Shown here: piece by piece, positions 40,525-48,488 of the stretch | Position numbering within the stretch: position 1 is the first letter of the stretch | How the letters are laid out: each line of letters opens with the position of its first letter | Origin: an uncultured Gemmatimonadaceae bacterium | GTDB lineage: Bacteria > Gemmatimonadota > Gemmatimonadetes > Gemmatimonadales > Gemmatimonadaceae | DNA length: 64,000 bases | Assembly (NCBI GenBank): GCA_963740355.1 | Contig: CAVUDW010000003.1 | Span: 2,112,001 to 2,176,000, forward strand | Direction: 5' to 3' | The notes under the pieces: generated by a model | The model's database searches: none | What the model was told of the DNA's origin: nothing | What the model saw: the letters and a program-made list of their open reading frames with translations, nothing else | Position numbers and translations under genes: made by a program

Positions 40525-42003
40525 TCACCGAACGCCAGCCGTCGTGCGCGACTGATACTTCGCCGGGGCAGAGCGGCGCGCAGGGCGACCGCGGCCCACG
40601 CCTGGCGTCTCGAGCTGGAAGGTCGAGACGGTGTCATTGAGGGTGCCTGCCTGCGCGTTCAGCTCTTCGGCTGCGCTGGCGGATTCCTCGGCGCTGGCGG
40701 CGACCTGCTGCGTGATTGCATTCACCTGTGCCACGGCACGCGTGATCTGCGTCACGCCGTCCACCTGACCGGCACTGGCCGCGGTGATTTCGCTCACGAC
40801 CGTCACCACCTGTGCGATCTGTGCGCTGATTTCTTTCAGGCTGCCGAGGACTTCGTCGTTCAGCTGCACACCACGCTCGGTTGACGAGACGCTCTTTTCG
40901 ATCAGCGATTCCGTGCTCTGCGCCGCGTTGGCGGCGCGCAGAGCAAGGGCGCGCACTTCGTCGGCCACGACAGCGAATCCACGACCGGCATCGCCGGCAC
41001 GGGCCGCTTCCACGGCGGCGTTCAGCGCCAGCAGGTTGGTCTGGAACGCAATCTCATTGATCGTCTTGATGATACGCGCGGTTTCCTGCGTCGACGCCTT
41101 GATGTCGCCCATGGCCGCAGTGAGGTTCGCCATGCGCGTCTCACCGTCGGTGGCGTGGTTGCGCGCCTCGGCTGCCAGCGCACTCGCCTTGCGGGCGTGG
41201 TCGGCGTTGGTGCTGGCCATCGAGGCCAGTTCATCGAGGTTGATCGAGACTTCACCGAGGCTGGACGCCTGCTTGGTGGCACCTTCTGCCAGCGACCGGC
41301 TGGCATTGGTGATCTCGCCGCCAGCATTCCGGACTTCCGACGACGCCGCACTGACCTGCGAAATCGTGGAATGCAGCGTCTCGACCGACGAGTTGAAGCT
41401 GTCCTTGAGCGCCTGTGCGTGCTCGGGAAAGTCGGCCGTGATCCGGTGGAGCAGGTTGCCATTCGCCAGCGCCTGCAGCCCGTCCGCGATCGCCTCGATC
41501 ACGACGGCATTCTGGCTCGCGTCCTTCGCGATGTTCTGCTCGACCATCTTCTGGTCATGGATGAACGTGAGCGATCCGCAGGCTCGGATGGTCTGACCAT
41601 CGGCCGAGTGCTTGCACCCACCGGTGGCGCGGAACCAACGGTACTGGCCGTCCTTCATCTTCAGGCGGTACGTCACATCGTAGCGTGCGTTCCCGCTCTT
41701 GTCGGAGAGGTGGCCACCGAAGGCGGCGAACGTCGCCGGAACGTCATCCGGATGCAGCTTGTCCGACCAGGACTGGCAGACATTCGGAAATTCGGCCTCG
41801 TTGCTGTATCCGATGAGGCGACGGAATTCCGGTGACCAGAGCCACTTGCTCCGCGGGTCGAGCGCGTCGGCGTTGTAGAGCACCGCCGCCCACAGCCCAA
41901 CACCGCTGGCATTGTCGAGCACATCCGACCGCTCTTTCACTTCTGCGAGCTCCGCCTTGACGCGAGCGAGTTCGGAGGACTTGCGGAAGAAAGCGAACGG
42001 CAT
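40525..42003 (-). CDS. Soluble PAS-domain methyl-accepting chemotaxis protein
   Basis: PAS_3-like ([11 protein letters not shown]...LHPDD...[13 protein letters not shown]) plus MCP hairpin [20 protein letters not shown]...[10 protein letters not shown]; no TM. Confidence 0.92.
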   Translation of the reverse strand: MPFAFFRKSSELARVKAELAEVKERSDVLDNASGVGLWAAVLYNADALDPRSKWLWSPEFRRLIGYSNEAEFPNVCQSWSDKLHPDDVPATFAAFGGHLSDKSGNARYDVTYRLKMKDGQYRWFRATGGCKHSADGQTIRACGSLTFIHDQKMVEQNIAKDASQNAVVIEAIADGLQALANGNLLHRITADFPEHAQALKDSFNSSVETLHSTISQVSAASSEVRNAGGEITNASRSLAEGATKQASSLGEVSINLDELASMASTNADHARKASALAAEARNHATDGETRMANLTAAMGDIKASTQETARIIKTINEIAFQTNLLALNAAVEAARAGDAGRGFAVVADEVRALALRAANAAQSTESLIEKSVSSTERGVQLNDEVLGSLKEISAQIAQVVTVVSEITAASAGQVDGVTQITRAVAQVNAITQQVAASAEESASAAEELNAQAGTLNDTVSTFQLETPGVGRGRPARRSAPAKYQSRTTAGVR

Positions 42004-42166
42004 GAGCGTCGACTCCAGCGGAGGGATGGGATGAACCGAGGTGTGCGCCGGCAGCAGGGCGCGATTCTCCCAAGTCTCGTCAGGCAAGCGGCAGCGCATG
42101 AGGCGCAACCCACCATTCGCTATCATTAGCCGACTCTTACGTCACCTGCGTCTCGCCACACTCTCG

Positions 42167-42604
42167 ATGATGCGTCAGCGAACCACTTTCGAATGCGCGT
42201 GCGCGCTGCTCCTCGTCAGCGTGGCAATGGTCGCCGTGCCAAGCCGATCGGACGCGCAGGCGCGCTCAGCAGGACTGCGCGAGATCGGTCGGACGGCGGC
42301 CGGGAATCCGGTGCTGGTGGAGCCTCGGAGCGTCAGGCGCGAACAGGATCTCCTGCACGGCATCATCCGCGTGCGATTTGCGAAGGCCGTGCGCGCGCCT
42401 GGCGGTGACTGGTGGAGTTCGCGCACCCGGCTGACCTTCGACTGTACCAAGCGGCAGGTCAAGGTGCTCGAGAATTGGTATTATGGTGATACCACATGGA
42501 CCCGTGTTGCCAGCCACACCGTCAGCGGCCAGCCAGGGTTTGGCGCGGTGATGGGAGGTTCGATGACCTCGGTGGGGTATGATGCGCTCTGTCCTGTGAA
42601 GTGA
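42167..42604 (+). CDS. Small exported protein (surface adhesin E-like fold, tentative)
   Basis: Signal peptide; TFDC...WYY...ALC cysteine pair pattern. Confidence 0.55.
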   Translation: MMRQRTTFECACALLLVSVAMVAVPSRSDAQARSAGLREIGRTAAGNPVLVEPRSVRREQDLLHGIIRVRFAKAVRAPGGDWWSSRTRLTFDCTKRQVKVLENWYYGDTTWTRVASHTVSGQPGFGAVMGGSMTSVGYDALCPVK

Positions 42605-42634
42605 TGGCCGTCTGACGGACGGCGGCCGTTCGCC

Positions 42635-43822
42635 CTACTTCTTGCCACGAGGCGTCCAGACGGCGACGCCGACCCGGGAATCGGCAGTCCCGTAGTACAG
42701 CAGCCACTGTCCGCGAAACGGGATCAGGGCCTCCACGAAGGTCGTGCCCTCGACGTACTGCCCCGTCTTTTCGTACGCCTCGGTGGGACGGATGAACGGG
42801 ACGTCGGTGCGGTCGAGCAACTTCACCGGATTCTTCGCGTCGAAGAGGGCCTGGCCCCCGGTGTAGATGCGGGCCGGCATCGACGGATCGCCGTGCGTGC
42901 CGAGGTTGCCAGCGTTGTAGAGCAGGACGATGCCCTTCTCCGTCAGGATCGCCGGCGGCCCCGCTTCGACCAGCCAGGAATCGAAGTAGCCAGCGCGCGG
43001 CGAGAGCACCTTCAACGCACGGCCGTCAGCATCTTCCAGCGGCGTCCAGTTGATCAGGTCATCGGATGTCGCGATCTGAATATTGGGAACGTTGTAGTAC
43101 ATCCAGTACTTGCCGTTCACCTTGGTCGCCACCAACCGGTCACCGACCACCCGCACGAGGATCGCGCCGGATTTCGTCTCGGTGCGCAGGAACTTTCCGT
43201 CACCTGCCTTGGCAAAGGCAGGGCCGTGCTTCGTCCACGTCACCAGGTCGCTCGACGTCGCCACCGCCAGCCGTGGGACGTCACCGTTCCACTGGGTGTA
43301 CGTGAGCACGTAGCGACCATCGTCGGTCTCCACGAGCCGCGGATCCTCGGTGCCGCCAGTCCACTCGTATCGCGCTTGCGCATCACGATCAGGTTGCAAC
43401 ACCGGCGTCGGACGTCGAGTGAAGCGCAACCCGTCCACACTTTCGGCAAGCCCCAGGCGCGAAGTGTGTCCGCCGATCTGTGCCGCACCGGTCGCATCCT
43501 CGGCGCGGTACATCAACATCACCTTGCCGTTGCGCACGACGGCGGCGGGATTGAACGTCGCGTACGCTTCCCACTGCACCAGGCTGTCGGTCATCGCGGA
43601 GCGCACGGTAGCACCGGGGCTCGGCGCAATGATCGGATTGACCGTGAGTGGCTTCTCGAACGGACCGAACATCCAGGAGCGATCCTGTGCGAGCAGCCCG
43701 ATGGGGATCAGTGCACTGGTCGCCATGACGCGGGCGGTGAGTCCGAGGGTCGCGATCGCGCGCTGCGAAAGGCGCCGCGATGTGCTCGTGCGGGGGAGTG
43801 TCAGCATCCGCGAATAATGCAC
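42635..43822 (-). CDS. Glycoside hydrolase family 130 protein (beta-mannoside active), exported
   Basis: FNPAAV, MYRAED, SRLGLAES.DG, EDPRL, KSG, VEAGPP, LYYGTADS; start uncertain. Confidence 0.88.
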   Translation of the reverse strand: MHYSRMLTLPRTSTSRRLSQRAIATLGLTARVMATSALIPIGLLAQDRSWMFGPFEKPLTVNPIIAPSPGATVRSAMTDSLVQWEAYATFNPAAVVRNGKVMLMYRAEDATGAAQIGGHTSRLGLAESVDGLRFTRRPTPVLQPDRDAQARYEWTGGTEDPRLVETDDGRYVLTYTQWNGDVPRLAVATSSDLVTWTKHGPAFAKAGDGKFLRTETKSGAILVRVVGDRLVATKVNGKYWMYYNVPNIQIATSDDLINWTPLEDADGRALKVLSPRAGYFDSWLVEAGPPAILTEKGIVLLYNAGNLGTHGDPSMPARIYTGGQALFDAKNPVKLLDRTDVPFIRPTEAYEKTGQYVEGTTFVEALIPFRGQWLLYYGTADSRVGVAVWTPRGKK

Positions 43823-43950
43823 TGGTGCACGGCGCCGGCATGGTCATGCGCCACCCCGCCCGCGCCTGATCCGCTGGTCCTTGCCACCGTGGCGCCGAGT
43901 CAGGATTGTTCGGTCAGGCGCGCACCTCTTCCTTCTGCACCACCGGCCGC

Positions 43951-46460
43951 ATGTCCTCCGATCGTCGCGAATTCCTCAAGGTCTCGGCCACGGCTGCGGC
44001 AGCGTTGTCGGTTGGGCCACTGGCAGGTGCATCGGCAACGCGGCAAACGGCCGACGACATCGCGGGACCTGGCGTCTCGCCGCATGACACCGAACGCCGC
44101 CTCACGCGCGCGACACCGGTGCCGCTGGAACGCGTCCGACTGACCGGCGGACCGCTGCACCATGCGCAGCAGATCACGGCGACCTATCTCCTGTCGCTGA
44201 ATCCGGACCGGATGATGGCGTACTACCGGCAACGCGCCGGACTTACACCGCGCGCGACGCCCTACACGGGGTGGGACGGCGACGGCAAGAATCTCACCGG
44301 CCACATCGCTGGGCATCACCTCTCCGGTGTGTCGCTGATGTTCGCGGCGACCGGCGACGCACGCTTCAAGGAGCGCGCCTCGTATCTCGTCCGCGAGATG
44401 GACGAGGTGCAGCGCGCCAACAAGGACGGTTACCTCGGCGCGATCAGCGGATTGCGCGAAGCGTTCGCAGCGGTGGCCAAGGGAGACATTCGCTCGGCGT
44501 CGTTCGACCTCAATGGGTTGTGGTCGCCATGGTACACGCTGCACAAGACCTACGCCGGCTTGCGTGATGCCTATCGGCATACGGGCAACCGACGCGCGCT
44601 CGAACTGGAGATCGCCTTTGCAGCGTGGGCCGAGCGAGCGGTGGCGCCGCTCAGCGACGCGCAGATGCAGAAGATGCTGAACACCGAGTTCGGCGGCATG
44701 AACGAAGTATTCGCCGATCTCTATGCCGATACCAGCGACGCGCGCTGGCTGACCCTCTCGCGGCGGTTCGAGCATCACGCCGTCACTGAACCGTTGCGAC
44801 GGCATCAGGACAACCTCGCCGGCAAACATGGCAACTGCCAGATTCCGAAGTTGATCGGATCGGCGGCGCGCTACGGCTACACCGGTGACACGGACGACCT
44901 GATTGCCGCGACGTTCTTCTGGGACCGCGTGGTGCGACATCACAGCTATTGCAGCGGCGGGCATGGCCTGAACGAATATTTCGGCACGCCGGACAAGCTC
45001 AGTTCGCGTATCGATGGACGTGCGGCCGAGACGTGCAATGTGTACAACATGCTCAAGCTGTCACGTCGCCTCTTCGCCTATCGGCCGGATGTGGCGTATG
45101 CCGATTTCCATGAGCGCGCGCTGTTCAATCACATCCTGGCCTCGATCGATCCGGCAGACGGCCGCACATCGTACATGGTGCCCGTGGGGCGCGGCGAACA
45201 GCAGGAGTATCAGGACATGCAGCGCGACTTCACCTGCTGCGTGGGCTCGGGCATGGAGAGTCACGCGCTGCACGGCCTGGGGGTCTGGTACGAGTCGAGC
45301 GACACCGTCTGGGTGAACCTCTTCGTGCCGTCAACGGCGCAGGCGCGCCTGGGCAAGGCACGATTCGCGATGGAAAGCAGCTTCCCCGATGGCGACAAGG
45401 CGACGATCCGTGTGTCGCTGCCACTTCCGACAGAGTTCACGCTGGCCGTGCGCCGGCCGTGGTGGGCTGGTGACGGATTTACCATCACGGTCAATGGCGA
45501 GGCTCTCCCGCAGCCGGCACTCGCGTCGCTGAACGATTCAGTGGCAGGTGGGCGGCCCGGCGCGATTGGCAACGAGTCCGACGCGCCAATCAGTTCGTAC
45601 ATTCGGATCACGCGGCGCTGGAAGACCGGTGACGTGGTCACACTGACCCTGCCGAAGTCGCTACGCCTCGAGCCGACTGCTGATGACCCGACGGTGACGG
45701 CCATCATGTGGGGGCCACTCGCCCTCGCCGCCGACTACGGGCCGCGGCGCAGCCGACATCGACGAGAATGCACAGACGACGCCACCGATGACCGTGCCGA
45801 TGCTGGTGTCCACGACACGTGACCCGTCGGCCTTCGTCACGGCGACATCGTCGTCTGGCGACTTCACCATTGCACAGGTCCTCAAGTCGCCGACGGCTGA
45901 TGTTGCGAGCAGCACGCTGTCGCTCGCGCCGTTCCATCGCACACATCGCAAGCGATATTCGCTCTACTTCGACCTCGTGACGCCCGCGCAATACGATGCA
46001 CGCGTTGCTTCCATCGCCGCGACACGTGCCGAGGAAGCGCGAATGCTTGCCTCGACGATCGCCAGTGTCACGGTCGGTGACACAGCGTCAGAAGCGGCCG
46101 CAGGCTATCGCAGCGATCTCGCAACTCGCGCAGTGGGACGCAACGAAGGGCGATCGCAGCGCAGTGGTACTGGATGGTTCTCCGTCGCGCTTCCGGTCAG
46201 TGACACGCAGCCGACGACACTCGTCGTGACCTATTTCGTGGAGCCCGGGTTACCGGCGCCCCTCGGCCCGTTCGACATCCTTGCGGACGACACCTTGCTG
46301 GCGCGACTACACGCCGGACCAGCAGCGCTCCGGGTTCTACCGCGCGCAGTATCCGATGCCAGCGGCCATCACGGCGGGCAAGCAGCGGTGCACGATTCGC
46401 TTCCAGGCGGTGGGTACCGGGCGCATCGCGCCGGTCTTCGAGGTGCGCACGATCAGGTGA
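43951..46460 (+). pseudogene. GH127/GH146-like beta-L-arabinofuranosidase, Tat-exported, interrupted by two +1 frameshifts (pseudogene or sequencing error)
   Basis: RREFLK Tat motif; GHIAGHHLSG, PWYTLHK, EFGGMNE, ETCNVYNMLKL, FTCCVGSGME; frame changes near 45750 and 46305; third frame ends ...RIAPVFEVRTIR-TGA at 46460. Confidence 0.85.
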
Positions 46461-47348
46461 TGGCCGGAGGTGTCGAGCGAAGAAGTCCGTCACGACTGTT
46501 TCGTACTCGACGCCGACCGACCGGAAGCTCGATAGATGGCGATCGCCGGCGGTAATCCAGCGCTCTGACTCGCCGGCCTCGGCGAGCAGGTGTGCGTGCC
46601 GCACCGGAACGAAGGGATCAGCCGCGGCGTGAATCACGAGTGATGGACGGCCGCGGAATCGCCGCATGTTCTGGCGGGGCGAGTGTTGCGTGAGTTGCTC
46701 GCCAGTGAGCAGGCGCGCGACCAGCAGCGCACCGCCGAGGCAGCAGGTCGGCAGTCGGGTGAGGCGGCGGAACTGGAGGCGCAGCAGGCTGTCGAGGTCT
46801 GCGAATGCGCTGTCAGTGACCAACGCACCAATGGCTAGCTCCTCCGCTGCCGCCGCGATTGCGCCAGCGCCACCCATCGACGCGCCAAGAATCCCGATCC
46901 TGCTCGGCGCGTACCCCAGCGCCAACAGGTAGTCCACGGCCCCAAGGATGTCGTGCCGTTCACGGCGACCGAATGTCAGCCTGGCGCGATCACTCTCGCC
47001 GTGCCCACGGAGGTCGAGCATCACCACACTCATGCCGCGCGCCACCATGCGTGTGGCGAGTCCGAAGGTACCGCACCGCAGTTCGTCCCCGCGACAGCCG
47101 TCGCGGCCGTGCACGAAAATCACCGCGCTGGTCGCCGCTGCTGCGCGATGATACCACGCCACCAATTGCACGGTATCGTTGCGCGCTGCGAACTGCACAC
47201 GCTTGAACTCATGCCGCGTGTGCGCGGGCGGCATCGGTGGTGCGACCCGTCGCGGTGTGGTGAAAAGGTGAGCCACCAGCACCGTGAGCATGAGGTACGA
47301 AACGAGCGAAATTCCACCGATCAGCAACAGCAGTGAACTTGTGGACAC
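46197..47348 (-). CDS. Alpha/beta hydrolase with N-terminal membrane anchor; C-terminus probably over-extended
   Basis: FVHG, DLRGHGES, GASMGG nucleophile, HAAADPFVP (Asp), GDRH (His); GTG 47348 preceded by GGAGAGG; fold appears to end near 46470. Confidence 0.85.
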   Translation of the reverse strand: MSTSSLLLLIGGISLVSYLMLTVLVAHLFTTPRRVAPPMPPAHTRHEFKRVQFAARNDTVQLVAWYHRAAAATSAVIFVHGRDGCRGDELRCGTFGLATRMVARGMSVVMLDLRGHGESDRARLTFGRRERHDILGAVDYLLALGYAPSRIGILGASMGGAGAIAAAAEELAIGALVTDSAFADLDSLLRLQFRRLTRLPTCCLGGALLVARLLTGEQLTQHSPRQNMRRFRGRPSLVIHAAADPFVPVRHAHLLAEAGESERWITAGDRHLSSFRSVGVEYETVVTDFFARHLRPSPDRAHLEDRRDAPGTHRLEANRAPLLARRDGRWHRILRAVEPGALLVRRVVAPARCRPQGCRTGRGAPVTRAPRNRSRRVSSAACH

Positions 47349-47394
47349 GAGCCTCTCCGGGTGCAGACGGTGAACTGCGCTTCCTCGTCTGGGA

Positions 47395-47422
47395 GATCGT
47401 GAACTCGTGGTCCGAGGCGACA
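47395..47422 (-). promoter_or_regulatory. Putative ECF promoter, copy 2 (TGTCG-N18-CGATC)
   Basis: Minus strand TGTCGCCTCGGACCACGAGTTCACGATC, 46 nt upstream of the hydrolase start; 18/28 identical to copy 1. Confidence 0.55.
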
Positions 47423-47443
47423 CGCGCCTTTGCTACGCCCTGC

Positions 47444-47686
47444 TCAGCTCCGAAGACCAAGCGATTCGAGCGACCCCGGCACCACGCGGCGCGGCTCCCG
47501 AGATCCTGGATCCTGGCTTGGAAGGCGCGGGGCAATCCGCAGCTGCAGCTGGAGCTCGGCGGCGATCGACGGGCAGTCGATGCGGAGATCATCCAGCCAT
47601 TCCTGGCGCGCATCAGTCGGCAGGTTCCGGGCGCGCTCCAGCAGCGGTTGCAGTGCGGCCTGGAAGTGGCGATCGAGATTGAACAT
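47444..47686 (-). CDS. 80-aa protein resembling the N-terminal helical module of ECF-associated Ser/Thr kinases
   Basis: MFNLDRHFQAALQPLLERARNLPTDARQEWLDDLRIDCPSIAAELQLQL...; GGAG RBS upstream of ATG 47686. Confidence 0.65.
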   Translation of the reverse strand: MFNLDRHFQAALQPLLERARNLPTDARQEWLDDLRIDCPSIAAELQLQLRIAPRLPSQDPGSREPRRVVPGSLESLGLRS

Positions 47687-47741
47687 GGGTCGCTCCACGG
47701 CTTGGGGAATGCGACTCCCTTACGAAGCCGCGTACCCTCCT

Positions 47742-47769
47742 GATCGCAAAGCCGGCGCTGGAGACGACA
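47742..47769 (-). promoter_or_regulatory. Putative ECF promoter, copy 1 (TGTCG-N18-CGATC)
   Basis: Minus strand TGTCGTCTCCAGCGCCGGCTTTGCGATC, just after the sigma stop and 55 nt upstream of the small ORF. Confidence 0.55.
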
Positions 47770-47778
47770 TCAGCCCGC

Positions 47779-48366
47779 TCACGCCGTCGACGTGTCCCCA
47801 TCGTCCTCGCGCATGGCATGCTGCAGGAGGAGGCGCGCTTTCCGCCAATCCCGCTGGGTCGTGCGCTCCGAGACGCCGCGCATTGTGGCAATCTCACCGA
47901 GAGTGAAGCCACAGAAAAAATGCAGGTCGACCAGCTCGGCGAGCGCAGGATCGACCAGCGCGAGCTCGCTCAGCGCGAGACCAAGCGCTTCGAGCTCGGT
48001 GCTATCCACGACATCGCTCGCCGCGACGATACCGGTGTCGCCGATACCGGTGATGTGAAACTCGCCGCCTCGCTTCTGCGCCTGCTGCCGTCGACTGTAG
48101 TCGATGATCAGGCCGCGCATGGCTCGCGCTGCATACGCCAGGAAGTGCGCCCGATCCGGGAATTGCACGCCGGAGCGATCGGCGATGTTCAGGTACGCTT
48201 CGTGGAGCAGTGTCGTCGTGCCGAGGGTCAGGCCACCGGCATTCCGCACGAGCTGCCGTTGGGCTAGTCGATGCAGCTCGTCATACAGCGCCGCAAACAA
48301 CGTGTCGGCGGCCGCCAAGTTGCCGGCGTCAGCCTCTCGCATCAGTTCCGCAATACGGGTGTCCAT
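47779..48366 (-). CDS. ECF sigma factor, TIGR02999/ECF43-like (kinase-associated type)
   Basis: LYDELHRLAQRQL...TLGTTTLLHEAYL...FLAYAARAMRGLIIDYSR..QAQKRGG...LHFFCGFTLGEIA...SERTTQRDWRKAR. Confidence 0.92.
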   Translation of the reverse strand: MDTRIAELMREADAGNLAAADTLFAALYDELHRLAQRQLVRNAGGLTLGTTTLLHEAYLNIADRSGVQFPDRAHFLAYAARAMRGLIIDYSRRQQAQKRGGEFHITGIGDTGIVAASDVVDSTELEALGLALSELALVDPALAELVDLHFFCGFTLGEIATMRGVSERTTQRDWRKARLLLQHAMREDDGDTSTA

Positions 48367-48488
48367 GCTGGCCGGTCTCGCCAAGGGCTGGTACTGATGG
48401 GATCGAGGCGAATCTACCGTTGAGAGTGCTTCCGGCAATCCGCGCGTCGCCAGCACTGGCCTCGTGACCGCCTCGCCCGCTCGATGCC

